DNA from: an uncultured cyanobacterium
GTDB taxonomy: Bacteria > Cyanobacteriota > Cyanobacteriia > Cyanobacteriales > Cyanobacteriaceae
DNA: 64,000 nt
Assembly (NCBI GenBank): GCA_963749915.1
Contig: CAVVOP010000022.1
Span: 288,001 to 352,000 of the forward strand
Direction of reading: 5' to 3'
A model generated the notes under the pieces. The model worked only from the letters and a program-made list of their open reading frames with translations. It had not been told where the DNA came from and made no database searches. The first letter of the stretch is position 1. Each line of letters starts with the position of its first letter. Made by a program: the position numbers and the translations under genes. This document shows, one piece after another, positions 33,980-45,452 of this stretch.

Positions 33980-34120
33980 GGAAATCAGGGGTAAAAATAA
34001 AGGCTAAAATGATGTTAAGACTTTAACCTATAACAGATAATATACATAAAAACTATCATGCCTACAAATAAAGTTAAGGGAAATATACTAGGGAATAAAC
34101 TGCTATACTAAAGACTTAGA

Positions 34121-34134
34121 CAACTAATTTGTTG
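34121..34134. promoter_or_regulatory. SufR operator
   Basis: Perfect CAAC-N6-GTTG (caactaatttgttg) 60 bp upstream of sufR. Confidence 0.75.
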
Positions 34135-34194
34135 TTTTATTGTTCAGGAATATTAGAATAACCATTAAATCTATTAATGATTTAGAGGAAGATT

Positions 34195-34872
34195 ATGAAA
34201 ACTTCCCTACAACAATCTAGTAAAGAGTCTATTTTGCAATATTTACTGAAGGAAAATAAAGCTTCAGTACAAACTATTGCTGAAGTCATGAATATCAGTC
34301 CCCAAGCCACTCGACGACATTTAAAAGAGTTAGAAGATCAAGGATTAATCGAAAGGGATGTTATTCCCATAAGAACAGGAAGACCACAACATTTTTATTC
34401 TTTGTCCAGGAAAGGGCGCGACCACTTTCCCCAAAATTACGGTGAATTTGCCTTATCCTTTTTGGATACCCTAACCGAAACCCTAGGAGAAAATCAAGTT
34501 ACTAAAGTCTTAGAAAAACAATGGCAAAGAAAAGCCGAAAATTATCGGCAATATTTAACTGGCAAAAGTTTACACGAACGGGTAAGTCAGTTAGCACAAA
34601 TTAGGAAAGAAGAAGGTTACATGGCTGAATTGTTTTGGGTAGAAGAAGATTTAAACCATCCACAACAATTTTTCTTAACCGAGCATAACTGTGCTATATC
34701 TGATGTCGCGGAATCTTATCCTCAAGTTTGTAGTCATGAATTGGAGATGTTTGCTTCTTTATTTCCTGATTGTAAAGTTGAGCGAACCAATTGGATTAAT
34801 AATGGTGAACATCGTTGCGGTTATTTGATTCAAGGTTTCACCATTCATAATTCAAGATCTAATACAAAATAG
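34195..34872 (+). CDS. sufR: Fe-S cluster biosynthesis regulator SufR
   Basis: N-terminal HTH, GRPQH, EGYMAE, EHNCAIS..A...P.VC..ELE, GEHRCGY. Confidence 0.93.
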   Translation: MKTSLQQSSKESILQYLLKENKASVQTIAEVMNISPQATRRHLKELEDQGLIERDVIPIRTGRPQHFYSLSRKGRDHFPQNYGEFALSFLDTLTETLGENQVTKVLEKQWQRKAENYRQYLTGKSLHERVSQLAQIRKEEGYMAELFWVEEDLNHPQQFFLTEHNCAISDVAESYPQVCSHELEMFASLFPDCKVERTNWINNGEHRCGYLIQGFTIHNSRSNTK

Positions 34873-34876
34873 GGCT

Positions 34877-35188
34877 TTGCCTCTACCAGATTCCCAATCT
34901 GCTTATATATCTTATAACTTAACATTTATGCGGAACATGATCGATAATCAACAATTTTTATCCCCAGAAGAGTCCCTGGAAGTAGAAAAAGCCTTACTCA
35001 CATCCTCGGAAAAGTTTTTAACTCGTTTAACCATTTCTTCCCTGAGATTATTACAGGTTATCGCTCAAGATTTAGGCACATCCGTAGATGAATTAACTAG
35101 TAATCAAATTATAACATGGATGGAAAAAGATAGTAAAACCAGAAAAGAAGAAGGAAAAGATCGAGCTGTGCTTAAATGGGAAAATTAA
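34877..35188 (+). CDS. Conserved hypothetical protein
   Basis: FLSPEES..VEKALL...EKFLTRLTISSLRLL; the true start is probably a downstream ATG. Confidence 0.7.
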   Translation: MPLPDSQSAYISYNLTFMRNMIDNQQFLSPEESLEVEKALLTSSEKFLTRLTISSLRLLQVIAQDLGTSVDELTSNQIITWMEKDSKTRKEEGKDRAVLKWEN

Positions 35189-35266
35189 CACTATGCCATG
35201 AGTGCAAGAGTGCCAGAATAATTGAATAATAGAATAAAATAATTAAAAATTAAAAGTAATTGATTC

Positions 35267-36718
35267 ATGACTTCAATCAGTGAGTTACATCAACAGATTA
35301 AAACTAAAAAACGTTCCGCAGTCGAAATTACCGAAGAATATTTAAACACTATTGAAAAGTTAGAGCCACAAATTAAGAGTTTCTTGTATGTTACCAAAGA
35401 TTTAGCTTTAGAAACGGCGAAAAAAGTGGATGAAAAAGTGGCATCAGGGGAAGAAATTCATATCCTCGAGGGCATCCCTATGGCTATTAAAGATAATATG
35501 TCAACAAAAGGTATTCCCACTACTTGTGCCTCAAAAATTTTAGAGAATTTTATCCCCAGTTATGAATCTACTGTTACCCAAAAATTGAGAGATCAAGGTG
35601 CGGTAATTTTAGGTAAAACTAACTTAGATGAGTTTGCCATGGGTAGTTCAACAGAGAACTCTGGCTATCAAGTCACAGCTAATCCTTGGGATATTACAAG
35701 AGTACCGGGTGGATCTTCTGGAGGCTCTGCCGCTGCCGTTGCTGCCCATGAATGTGTAGTATCCTTAGGATCGGATACAGGGGGATCAATTCGTCAACCT
35801 GCTTCTTTCTGTGGTGTAGTCGGATTAAAACCGACTTATGGCTTAGTGTCTCGTTTCGGTTTAGTCGCCTATGCTTCTTCCCTGGATCAAATTGGTCCTT
35901 TTGCCCATACTGTTAAAGATGCGGCTATTTTACTACAGGCGATCGCAGGATATGACCATAAAGATTCTACTAGCTTAAAAGTAAAAATTCCTGACTATAG
36001 AAAATCTTTCACCACTGATTTAAAAGGCTTAAAAGTAGGCATTATTAAAGAAACTTTTGGGGATGGATTAGATAACGTGGTCGCTGAGAGTGTGAACCAA
36101 GCTATTAAGGAATTAGAAAAATTGGGAGCACAAGTTAAAAAAATTTCCTGCCCTCGTTTTCGTTACGGCTTACCCATTTATTACATTATTGCTCCCTCCG
36201 AAGCATCCGCCAATTTAGCCCGTTACGATGGGGTTAAATATGGCATTAGAAACGATGCTGATAACCTTTTAGAAATGTACACAAGTACTAGAGCTAAAGG
36301 GTTTGGAGCGGAAGTAAAACGCCGAATCATGTTAGGTACTTACGCCTTATCCGCAGGTTATTATGACGCTTATTATCTCAAAGCACAAAAAGTTCGTACT
36401 CTTATAAAAGAAGACTTTGATAATGCCTTTACCGATGTCGATGTCTTGATTTCTCCCACCGCACCAACCACCGCCTTTAAAGCCGGGGAAAAAACCGATG
36501 ATCCCCTGAGTATGTATTTATCCGATTTAATGACAATTCCTGTAAATTTAGCAGGTCTGCCCGGCATGAGTATTCCCTGCGGATTTGATAATCAAAATTT
36601 ACCCATTGGAATGCAATTAATCAGTAATGTTTTACGAGAAGATGTCTTATTTAAAGTCGGTTACGCTTATCAAGAAGCCACGGATTGGCATGGAAAATGC
36701 CCACATCTGAGTTGTTAA
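35267..36718 (+). CDS. gatA: Asp/Glu-tRNA amidotransferase subunit A
   Basis: [53 protein letters not shown]. Confidence 0.97.
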   Translation: MTSISELHQQIKTKKRSAVEITEEYLNTIEKLEPQIKSFLYVTKDLALETAKKVDEKVASGEEIHILEGIPMAIKDNMSTKGIPTTCASKILENFIPSYESTVTQKLRDQGAVILGKTNLDEFAMGSSTENSGYQVTANPWDITRVPGGSSGGSAAAVAAHECVVSLGSDTGGSIRQPASFCGVVGLKPTYGLVSRFGLVAYASSLDQIGPFAHTVKDAAILLQAIAGYDHKDSTSLKVKIPDYRKSFTTDLKGLKVGIIKETFGDGLDNVVAESVNQAIKELEKLGAQVKKISCPRFRYGLPIYYIIAPSEASANLARYDGVKYGIRNDADNLLEMYTSTRAKGFGAEVKRRIMLGTYALSAGYYDAYYLKAQKVRTLIKEDFDNAFTDVDVLISPTAPTTAFKAGEKTDDPLSMYLSDLMTIPVNLAGLPGMSIPCGFDNQNLPIGMQLISNVLREDVLFKVGYAYQEATDWHGKCPHLSC

Positions 36719-36745
36719 GTTGAATTTAGATAGATCTATCTGTAT

Positions 36746-36862
36746 ACCTAGTGGTCGGCCAATTTTGAAATGAGGGATAAAACAATCCTCCAAAATCCAA
36801 AATCCAAAATCCAAAATTATCCGTTCCCAGTCCCTCAAAACTATCTTGACAGACCACTAGGT
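36746..36862. mobile_element. 117-bp MITE with an internal (TCCAAAA)n array
   Basis: 11-bp TIR acctagtggtc / gaccactaggt. Confidence 0.75.
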
Positions 36863-36974
36863 CATAAATCTTTATTTTCACGAATTCATTAGCTTCTGCC
36901 CTCTGCCTCGCCCGAAGGGCAGTTAAAGAATCATCAATTATTTCCTCGAAATTTATATTACTTCTTCTTCTTAA

Positions 36975-38912
36975 ATGACTATTATTACGATAAAATCACT
37001 GAAAAAAGATTTTGGTGTCAAAGAAATTCTCAAGGATGCCAGTTTTAGCATTGACGATAACGATAAAGTTGGTTTAATTGGGGTTAACGGTTCAGGAAAA
37101 TCAACCCTCTTGAAGATTTTATCAGGTTTAGAACCCCATGACGGCGGGGAAATGGTGGTTAAATCGGGGGCAAAAATTATTTATCTTCCCCAACAACCAG
37201 AAATTGAGGCCAATAATACGGTCTTAGAGCAAGTTTTTGCCTACAGTGGCGAACAAATGCAGTGGATTAAAGAATATGAGGATTTATCTCATCGTATCGC
37301 TCACCATATAGACAGTATCACCCAAGAACAGTTAATGGGTAAATTAGCATGGGTGACGGAAAAAATTGATAGGGCTAATGCTTGGGATTTGGAAACTAAC
37401 GCTAAAATCATTCTTGATAAGTTGGGAATTAGGGATTTGGAGGCAAAAATGGGAGATTTATCCGGGGGTTATCGCAAAAGGGTCGCCCTTGCCTCGGCTT
37501 TAATGGCCGATCCTGATTTATTATTAATGGATGAGCCGACTAACCATCTCGATGCGGAGTCGGTGCAATGGTTACAGGAATATTTGCAAAGGTTTCGAGG
37601 TGCAATTTTTCTGATTACCCATGATCGCTATTTCTTAGATCAGGTTACAACTCGTATTCTAGAAATTGATCGAGGGGATATGTATAGTTATAGTGGCAAT
37701 TATAGCTATTATCTGGAGAAAAAAGCCCTTGCGGAAGAATCGATGGCTAGTAGTCAGAGAAAACATCAAGGGGTCTTAAGGAGGGAGTTAGAGTGGCTAA
37801 AACGAGGTCCTAAAGCTCGTAGTACGAAACAAAAAGCTCGTATCGATCGTATTTATGACATGAAGGATAAGCAGTTTAAGCAAACTCGAGGGAAGGTGGA
37901 AATTGATACCCCTAGTCGTCGTATTGGCAAAAAAGTCATTGAATTAGATCATATTAGCAAATCTTTCGGTCATCGAACTCTCATTAAAGATTTTAGCTAT
38001 GAATTTGCCCCCGATGATAGAGTTGGGATTATTGGCGGCAACGGCGTTGGTAAGTCAACCCTGATGAATTTAATCATGGCGAAAATCGAGCCAGATAGCG
38101 GTAAAGTAGAAATAGGTAGTACTATTCATATCGGTTATTTTGATCAGCATTCTGATAGTTTAATCACCGCCGCCCAAAATGAACAACGAGCCATAGAATA
38201 TATCAAAGATGTGGCTACTTATATCGAAACCGCCGACGGTAGTCAGATAAGTGCTTCTCAACTGTTAGAAAGATTTTTATTCACTCCCAATCAGCAATAT
38301 TCTCCCATTGCCAAATTATCGGGAGGAGAAAAACGCCGTTTATTTTTACTAAGGATGTTAATTAGTAATCCTAATGTATTAATCTTAGATGAGCCTACCA
38401 ATGATTTAGATGTGCAAACTTTAGCGGTGTTAGAAGAATATATCGAATCTTTTAAAGGTTGTGTAATCGTAGTATCCCACGATCGCTACTTTCTTGATCG
38501 CACTGTGGATACAATTTTTGCCTTTGAAGATAATGGTAATTTACGGCAATATCCTGGTAATTACTCCGTTTATTTAGACTATAAAAAGAAAGAAGATAAA
38601 CAAATTCAAGAAGACAAAACTCCTGATAAGAAACTGGAAGAACAACCTAAAAATGTTGGGGAAAAAGAGCAGAAATCGAGTAGGATTATCAGAAAAATAT
38701 CGAGTTACCAAAGACGAGAATTAGAAAAACTAGAAACAAAAATTATCCCTAATTTAGAGACTAAAAAAGCAGAAATTGAAAAGGAATTATATCAAAATTC
38801 TAACCATGATTATGACACTCTGAATAAGTTAACAGCAGAATTAGCTAATGTTAATCAAGAAATAGACGAAGCAACTATAAAATGGATGGAATTAGCCGAA
38901 TTAGATAGTTAA
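36975..38912 (+). CDS. ABC-F family ATPase (Uup-like)
   Basis: Two NBDs (GVNGSGKST, LSGG, DEPTNHLD; GGNGVGKST, DEPTNDLD), no TM segments, C-terminal coiled coil. Confidence 0.92.
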   Translation: MTIITIKSLKKDFGVKEILKDASFSIDDNDKVGLIGVNGSGKSTLLKILSGLEPHDGGEMVVKSGAKIIYLPQQPEIEANNTVLEQVFAYSGEQMQWIKEYEDLSHRIAHHIDSITQEQLMGKLAWVTEKIDRANAWDLETNAKIILDKLGIRDLEAKMGDLSGGYRKRVALASALMADPDLLLMDEPTNHLDAESVQWLQEYLQRFRGAIFLITHDRYFLDQVTTRILEIDRGDMYSYSGNYSYYLEKKALAEESMASSQRKHQGVLRRELEWLKRGPKARSTKQKARIDRIYDMKDKQFKQTRGKVEIDTPSRRIGKKVIELDHISKSFGHRTLIKDFSYEFAPDDRVGIIGGNGVGKSTLMNLIMAKIEPDSGKVEIGSTIHIGYFDQHSDSLITAAQNEQRAIEYIKDVATYIETADGSQISASQLLERFLFTPNQQYSPIAKLSGGEKRRLFLLRMLISNPNVLILDEPTNDLDVQTLAVLEEYIESFKGCVIVVSHDRYFLDRTVDTIFAFEDNGNLRQYPGNYSVYLDYKKKEDKQIQEDKTPDKKLEEQPKNVGEKEQKSSRIIRKISSYQRRELEKLETKIIPNLETKKAEIEKELYQNSNHDYDTLNKLTAELANVNQEIDEATIKWMELAELDS

Positions 38913-39024
38913 CATTTTCCTGTGTTAACTAAAGTATAGTTAAATCAGACTGAATCTGTTACCTACCTTAACTCGCCAATTTTAAACTTGATGCAAGTCT
39001 GAAGTATTATGAATAAAAATAATT

Positions 39025-40773
39025 TTACATTCTTTCTAATACGGAAATACCGAGTAAAGAGAGCCCCAATCTGATCACTTTTGCAGTTAAATCAGCTAAA
39101 GTTAAACGTGACAATTTTACCTCCTCTTCTGCTTGTAAAATAGGACATTGATCATAAAATTGATTAAATTTTTGGCTTAACTCAAATAAGTACAAACAAA
39201 GACGATTAGGTAATAAATCTTTTTCGACTTCTTTAACAATAAAATCTAGTTGTAAAAGATGTTTTGCCAACACTAATTCGCTTTCTTCTGTCAAGAGAAT
39301 AGGAGTCTCAGAATTTAAGTTATTTAAGTCAATATTACCTTTTCGACTGATACCTTGAACTCGCACATAAACATATAAAAGATAAGGAGCCGTATTACCT
39401 TGTAAAGCTAACATTTTATCATAGCTAAATTTATAATCAGTGGTGCGATTTTGACTTAAATCTGCGTATTTTACTGAACTTAAACCGACAATTTTACTCA
39501 CTTGATTAATAAAGTCTTCTGTTTCTTTTCTTTCTTCCGTTTGTAAACGTTTTTCTAAGTCTTGTTTTGCCCTATTTACCGCTTCGTCCAATAAGTCTTT
39601 TAAGCGAATTGTTTCTCCAGATCTGGTCTTGATTTTTTTACCATCTTCTGCTAAAACTAACCCGAAAGGTACATGGACTAATTCCACATTTTTAGGCACA
39701 AAGTTTGCCTTTTTTGCTACTTGAAAAACTTGAGCGAAGTGATTAGATTGTCCCGCATCAGTTACATAAATTATTCTGCGGGCTTTATCTTTATTAATAC
39801 GATATTTCAAGGCCGCTAAATCAGTGGTTGCATAATTATACCCGCCGTCAGATTTCTGGACGATTAAGGGTAAAGGATTACCTTCTTTATTAACAAAACC
39901 ATCAAGGAAAACACACTTTGCTCCTTGATCTTCTGTTAAAAGATTAGCACTTTTTAAATCACTGATAACTTGAGGTAAAAAGGGATTATAAAAAGATTCA
40001 CCTCTTTCCGTTAATTTTATGTCTAATAATTGATAAATAATTTCAAATTCTCGGCGAGATTGCTCACATAATAATTGCCATGCTTTGATACTTTCAGGAT
40101 CTTTACTCTGCAATTTTACTACTTCTTGACGAGCTTCTTCTTGAAACTCTAAATCTTGATCAAATTTCACTTTTGCCTGTTTATAAAGAGTAACCAAATC
40201 ACCTATTTTCACAGCATTAGCGGTGGTTAAAACTTCAGGTTTTTCTGTACGCAAATAATTAATTAACATCCCGAATTGAGTGCCCCAATCCCCCACGTGA
40301 TTAAGTCTTAAAACATCATAACCTCTCAGTTCTAAGATCCGGGCAATACTATCACCAATAATAGTAGATCTCAGATGTCCAACGTGCATTTCCTTAGCTA
40401 TATTTGGACTAGAAAAGTCAACTATTACGGTGTAAGATTTATCAATTTTTGTCACTCCTAAACGCTCATCTTGATGAACTAATTTTATTTGTTGAGCGAT
40501 ATATTCGGGCTTAATTTTTATGTTAATAAATCCCGGTCCAGCAATATCTAAAGATTCACAAAAATCACCCAATTTCACATTCTTTATAATACTTTGTGCG
40601 ATGGATCTTGGAGGTTGTTGTAAAGTTTTTGCTAAGGATAAAGCCACGTTACATTGATAGTCCCCAAATTTGGGATTACTAGCAGGTACTACTAATGGAT
40701 CAATATTCGATCCAGCATTACCAAAGGCTTGAATTAAAGCATCAATAAAAATATTTCTAAGTTTTTCAATCAT
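39025..40773 (-). CDS. argS: Arginine--tRNA ligase
   Basis: [31 protein letters not shown]-terminal LERM. Confidence 0.97.
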   Translation of the reverse strand: MIEKLRNIFIDALIQAFGNAGSNIDPLVVPASNPKFGDYQCNVALSLAKTLQQPPRSIAQSIIKNVKLGDFCESLDIAGPGFINIKIKPEYIAQQIKLVHQDERLGVTKIDKSYTVIVDFSSPNIAKEMHVGHLRSTIIGDSIARILELRGYDVLRLNHVGDWGTQFGMLINYLRTEKPEVLTTANAVKIGDLVTLYKQAKVKFDQDLEFQEEARQEVVKLQSKDPESIKAWQLLCEQSRREFEIIYQLLDIKLTERGESFYNPFLPQVISDLKSANLLTEDQGAKCVFLDGFVNKEGNPLPLIVQKSDGGYNYATTDLAALKYRINKDKARRIIYVTDAGQSNHFAQVFQVAKKANFVPKNVELVHVPFGLVLAEDGKKIKTRSGETIRLKDLLDEAVNRAKQDLEKRLQTEERKETEDFINQVSKIVGLSSVKYADLSQNRTTDYKFSYDKMLALQGNTAPYLLYVYVRVQGISRKGNIDLNNLNSETPILLTEESELVLAKHLLQLDFIVKEVEKDLLPNRLCLYLFELSQKFNQFYDQCPILQAEEEVKLSRLTLADLTAKVIRLGLSLLGISVLERM

Positions 40774-40828
40774 CGAACAATCAATTAAATATGTATAAAA
40801 ATTTAATATAACGGGGACATTCTATCAT

Positions 40829-40946
40829 TAGACCTCTTGCAAAAGTTAAAAAATCTGGCCGTCAGAGGAGTCAGGAGTCAGAAAGGCTTGGATAATCCAA
40901 AATCCAGAATTACCTAACCGAGAAATCTATTTTTGCAAGAGGTCTA
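40829..40946. mobile_element. 118-bp MITE overlapping the radC stop codon
   Basis: 16-bp perfect inverted repeat tagacctcttgcaaaa / ttttgcaagaggtcta. Confidence 0.8.
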
Positions 40947-41669
40947 TTGTGGATATTGGTCCCAAAGAGTACAATTTTGACGAATACTGCGAAAATCGCC
41001 ATTACCGATGATTAAATGGTCTAAAATAGGAATATTAACAATATTGGCACATTGTAACAACTGTTCCGTCAAATTTAAATCTTCCAAGGAAGGCTCAAGA
41101 TTACCCGAAGGATGATTATGGGCAATGATAATATTCGTGGCCGATTGACGGATGGCCTCTCGGAATAATTCACGGGGATGAATGAGAGTTTCTGTGGCGA
41201 TACCGATGGTGATAACTTGAGTACTGATTAAACTATTTTTGGTGTCTAATAACAATACGGCAAAACGCTCTTGACATTGCCACATTAACTCGTGACTAAA
41301 AGCTGAGGCAGCGGCATTTGGGCTATCGATGATGGCTTTGGCAGAAGGACGAAATTGAAAAGTGCGTTTCCCTAATTCGATCCCCGCAAGGATTGTTGTC
41401 GCTTTTGCTGGGCCAATTCCCGGTATTTTCATTAGTTCCAACGGCGAAATTTCACGCAATACATCAAGGGGATCTCGTTTATTCTCACTAAGTTGATGAA
41501 GAATATATTGAGCTAAACCTACGGCGGATAATTTGCCTTTTCCTTGCCCTGTACCCAATAGAATGGCGATTAACTCCGCAGAGCTCAGATTTCTAGCCCC
41601 TGACTCTATTAATCTCTCTCTAGGGCGTTCACTTACGGGCAAATCAGCGATTCTTAGATTATAAACCAT
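40944..41669 (-). CDS. radC: RadC/JAB-domain protein
   Basis: ERPRERL, GIGPAKA HhH, AHNHPSG...PS..D JAMM motif. Confidence 0.95.
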   Translation of the reverse strand: MVYNLRIADLPVSERPRERLIESGARNLSSAELIAILLGTGQGKGKLSAVGLAQYILHQLSENKRDPLDVLREISPLELMKIPGIGPAKATTILAGIELGKRTFQFRPSAKAIIDSPNAAASAFSHELMWQCQERFAVLLLDTKNSLISTQVITIGIATETLIHPRELFREAIRQSATNIIIAHNHPSGNLEPSLEDLNLTEQLLQCANIVNIPILDHLIIGNGDFRSIRQNCTLWDQYPQ

Positions 41670-41902
41670 CGTCTCATTTCATTACAAAACCAATATTTTC
41701 AGTATTGTAAATCTTTTTAACTACATATAGGCAAATAATTTATGTAATATTTAAAGAACTTTTTGCTACAATACTAAATAATGGAAGTTGCCATTGCTTC
41801 TATGGAAAACCTTTTTAACACTCCTAAAAGTTCATCATCTCTTTTGCCGAATATTAGAAATTTAAACAATCAATTAATCAAATTAGCACCGAGTATCATT
41901 TA

Positions 41903-42328
41903 ATGAAAAATATTGGGCAATTGGGAGAAAAAATTATCGCTCAATGGCTAACAAATAAAGGTTATAAAATATTGTATTCCCGTTGGCGTTGTCCATGGGG
42001 CGAAATAGATTTAATTGCTAAGGATAATAACCGTCAAGTTTTGGTGTTTATCGAAGTAAAAACTCGTGGGGTTAATAATTGGGATAATAATGGGGTTTGC
42101 GCCATCAACGAAAGTAAGCAAGAAAAACTATGGTTAACCGCAGAAACTTTTTTAAGCGAAAATTCCTCTTTTTCTACCTTTAATTGTCGTTTCGATATTG
42201 CTTTATTAATCTATCAAAAAAATTCATCTGTTAATCAAGTAGAACATTTAGTTATTAACGGTAATAATATTAATTATCAGGGTTATCGGTTTTACATCGT
42301 TGATTATATCGAAAATGCTTTTTCATGA
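41903..42328 (+). CDS. yraN: YraN family PD-(D/E)XK nuclease
   Basis: GQLGE, GEIDLIA, FIEVKTR, CRFDI. Confidence 0.9.
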   Translation: MKNIGQLGEKIIAQWLTNKGYKILYSRWRCPWGEIDLIAKDNNRQVLVFIEVKTRGVNNWDNNGVCAINESKQEKLWLTAETFLSENSSFSTFNCRFDIALLIYQKNSSVNQVEHLVINGNNINYQGYRFYIVDYIENAFS

Positions 42329-42453
42329 TTTCATGTTTATAATAGTTATCTGGATAAATTATGCCCTTCTCAATTATTACAAAATTTATCTCTATGAATT
42401 GAGATTAATCATCCAAGATTTATGCTTAAAATTTTTTTAAAATAAATCAAATT

Positions 42454-44118
42454 ATGACTATCAAAAAATTACCCAACAACGTCATTAAATTGATTGCGGC
42501 GGGGGAAGTAATCGACTCTTTCACTGCAGTGGTAAGGGAGTTAGTCGAAAATAGTTTAGATGCAAAAGCCAGTCGCATTGTCATTTCTCTTTATCCTGAA
42601 TCGTGGAGTTTACAGGTTGCCGATAACGGTGAAGGTATGGAAGAAAATGATTTGTTGATGGCGATTCAACCTCACACCACTAGCAAAATTTTCTCCACCG
42701 GTGACTTGAGGAAGATTAATACTTTAGGTTTTCGGGGGGAGGCATTACACAGTATCGCACAATTAGCTGATCTTCATATTACTAGCCGAGTTAAAGATAA
42801 CTGCGGTTGGGAGATTATTACAAATCATACTCAAGTTATTAAATGTTATCCTAAAGCGATCGCCGTTGGTACAATTATCAATGTTACTCATTTATTTGGC
42901 AATATTCCCTTAAGAAGACAGGTAAATCCTTGCTTTAGAAAACAACTAAAGTCAATCCAAAATTTAATTGCAGAATTTGCATTATGTCATCCCTTCGTGA
43001 CGTGGCAATTATTAGTTGATGAGCGTTTAATTTTAGCAATTAGTGGTAATAGTGATCTTAAAAAAATTTTTCCCCAACTATTAAAAACTGTCAAATATTG
43101 TGACTTAGAAGAGAGAGAAATTAAGATTAATACTCCGAATCAAAATCATATTTCTCAACTAAATTTAGTCCTAGGAATGCCTAATCGAATTTCTCGCCCT
43201 CGTGCTGATTGGGTTAAAATAGGAATTAATGGCAGAGTTGTTAAATGTCAGGAATTAGAATCTGCTATTTACTGTAGTTTTCATCGTGCCTTAGAAAGAA
43301 ATCGTTATCCCTTAATTTTTCTGCATTTACAAACATCTTCCCAACAAATTGACTGGAATCGTCACCCGGCAAAAAAAGAAATTTACTTAGACAACATTGA
43401 ATTTTGGCAAGAAAATATCAAGGAAAATATTGAGCAAATTTTTAGGCTAACTGATAATAACTTATCCACTAAATTTCAAAATAAAAAGGTTGAAAATATT
43501 CTAAAAGTTGCTGAGAATAAAGCTGTTTATAATGCAGAAAATTCATTCACAGAAAAAAATAAAGAGAGTTTAGGCTTAATGGATTTACAAGTTATCGCCC
43601 AAGCAAGGAATACTTATATTATTGCTGAATATTCTGAGGGAATTTGGTTAATTGAACAACATATCGCCCACGAAAGAATATTATATGAACAGCTAAAAAA
43701 TCAATGGGAAATAGTAACTATAGAAAATCCTATTATTTTAAGTAAATTGCTTCCTAAACAAGTAGAAAATTTAAATAATTTAGATTTAGAAATAGATTGT
43801 TTTGGAGAAGATTTATGGGCGATTAGAAGTATCCCGAAAATGTTATTACATCGAGATGATTCTTTAGACGCTTTAATGGAATTAAGTTGGGGAGGTGACT
43901 TAGATACTGCTCAAGTGGCGATCGCCTGTCGTACTGCAATTCGTAACGGAAAAAAACTGACAATTTACGAGATGCAAAATATAGTCAATGAGTGGAAAAT
44001 GACGAAAAACCCTCATACTTGTCCTCATGGACGGCCAATTTATTTATCATTGGAAGAATCGTCATTATACCGATTTTTTCGGCGTCATTGGGTATTAGGA
44101 AAAAGTCACGGTGTTTAA
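42454..44118 (+). CDS. mutL: DNA mismatch repair endonuclease MutL
   Basis: IAAGEVI, ELVENSLDA, TLGFRGEAL, EQHIAHERILYE, CPHGRP. Confidence 0.96.
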   Translation: MTIKKLPNNVIKLIAAGEVIDSFTAVVRELVENSLDAKASRIVISLYPESWSLQVADNGEGMEENDLLMAIQPHTTSKIFSTGDLRKINTLGFRGEALHSIAQLADLHITSRVKDNCGWEIITNHTQVIKCYPKAIAVGTIINVTHLFGNIPLRRQVNPCFRKQLKSIQNLIAEFALCHPFVTWQLLVDERLILAISGNSDLKKIFPQLLKTVKYCDLEEREIKINTPNQNHISQLNLVLGMPNRISRPRADWVKIGINGRVVKCQELESAIYCSFHRALERNRYPLIFLHLQTSSQQIDWNRHPAKKEIYLDNIEFWQENIKENIEQIFRLTDNNLSTKFQNKKVENILKVAENKAVYNAENSFTEKNKESLGLMDLQVIAQARNTYIIAEYSEGIWLIEQHIAHERILYEQLKNQWEIVTIENPIILSKLLPKQVENLNNLDLEIDCFGEDLWAIRSIPKMLLHRDDSLDALMELSWGGDLDTAQVAIACRTAIRNGKKLTIYEMQNIVNEWKMTKNPHTCPHGRPIYLSLEESSLYRFFRRHWVLGKSHGV

Positions 44119-44173
44119 CTATATACTAAATACCAGGTGTTTATGCTTCAGACCAGAGTCTGGGCTCATTTTC

Positions 44174-45331
44174 TCATTCCAGATTTAGCGGAAAGTAAAG
44201 ATGATCATTTACCGCCAAAATACGGGAAGAAGTAAAGCGATTCATCCATTGTTCTAAATATTTACGATTAGCTTGTTTTTCCTCGATATTTTCAGTATTT
44301 AGGGCATAAGGTGCCAATCCCTGAAGGGCAGCCGTCGTCACACAATACATAGATTTTTGAAAACTAACGCAGATTTTGACAAGTAAATCATCTTCTCCTC
44401 GCAAAGTATGACGATAAACTTCACGCAGATAATCTGGCAAATAATGACTCATGTCTTGCATTAACAAAGTGGGAGGAATCCCCGCACCGCCGACAGGTAA
44501 AGGATCGGCATATAAGGCCCCATAGGTAAATAATGATTGATCATAGGGTATTTGATTTTCTTGAGCATTGTAAGATACCGTACCTAAAAATGGAGTGCCA
44601 CGAAAAAAAACGGCCTCTACATAAGGCACAGCAGTATCCATGAGAAAAGTTAATCCAGCTTTTTGAGGTATTAATTCATGGATTTCATCGTTAATTTTGA
44701 CGACGTAACTAATGGGTTTATTGGCAGACGCGACCAAACCATCTAAAATATGTTTAACAACCTCCTCAATAGAGTTAATTTCACCGTTGTCATACCTGTC
44801 GGACAAACGGAGAAACATATCACTCATTACTCGCCAAAATTGCCCTAATGCTGAGTAATAAGCTAACATTTTGACTTGTTCTGGCAAAAACTCCGGAAAT
44901 AGCCTGTTTAAGCCTAACATGAAGGGATTTCCCCTTAATTTTGCCTTAATAGCTTCTTTGGTAGCCTGGGAAAATTCATCACTATCCACATATTCGTCTA
45001 ATTTACCCCCTCCATGCCACAACATTGCACGCATACAATATTCAGCATACTCATAATTGATGCGATCATGCCACAAATGACGAAAAAGTTTATTCTCAGA
45101 AAAACTACCATTAAAATATTTAAAAAAAGGAAATAAAACTAAAAATTGGTGTTCGGCAATATAGTTAAGGTTATTAGAATAATTATCTAACACAATACCA
45201 TAAGATTTTAAAATACCTACTACTTCAAGAACATTTTCAGGGGTATCTTTTAACAAACTTTGCCCTGATTCTAGGCGGTAGATATATTCAGCTAAAGGAT
45301 GTTTAGAAGGTTTAAAAGGAGTTGATACCAT
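44174..45331 (-). CDS. cupB: CO2 hydration protein CupB (ChpX)
   Basis: LWHDRINYEYAEYC, YADPLPVGGAGIPPTLLMQDM; the 385-aa length fits CupB better than the longer CupA. Confidence 0.85.
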   Translation of the reverse strand: MVSTPFKPSKHPLAEYIYRLESGQSLLKDTPENVLEVVGILKSYGIVLDNYSNNLNYIAEHQFLVLFPFFKYFNGSFSENKLFRHLWHDRINYEYAEYCMRAMLWHGGGKLDEYVDSDEFSQATKEAIKAKLRGNPFMLGLNRLFPEFLPEQVKMLAYYSALGQFWRVMSDMFLRLSDRYDNGEINSIEEVVKHILDGLVASANKPISYVVKINDEIHELIPQKAGLTFLMDTAVPYVEAVFFRGTPFLGTVSYNAQENQIPYDQSLFTYGALYADPLPVGGAGIPPTLLMQDMSHYLPDYLREVYRHTLRGEDDLLVKICVSFQKSMYCVTTAALQGLAPYALNTENIEEKQANRKYLEQWMNRFTSSRILAVNDHLYFPLNLE

Positions 45332-45452
45332 AATTTTATAAATTTTTTAAAAAGGTTTTTAATTTAGGTAAATAGGTAATAGGTAAATTTAGTGTTTGTG
45401 TCTTTAATTTATAAGGTTTAATGGCATTAATATAATTGTTAATTGTTAATTA

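Noticed and set aside
44174..45331. cupB lacking neighbouring ndhD4/ndhF4
   Set aside because: Unlinked cupB is known in unicellular cyanobacteria such as Synechocystis
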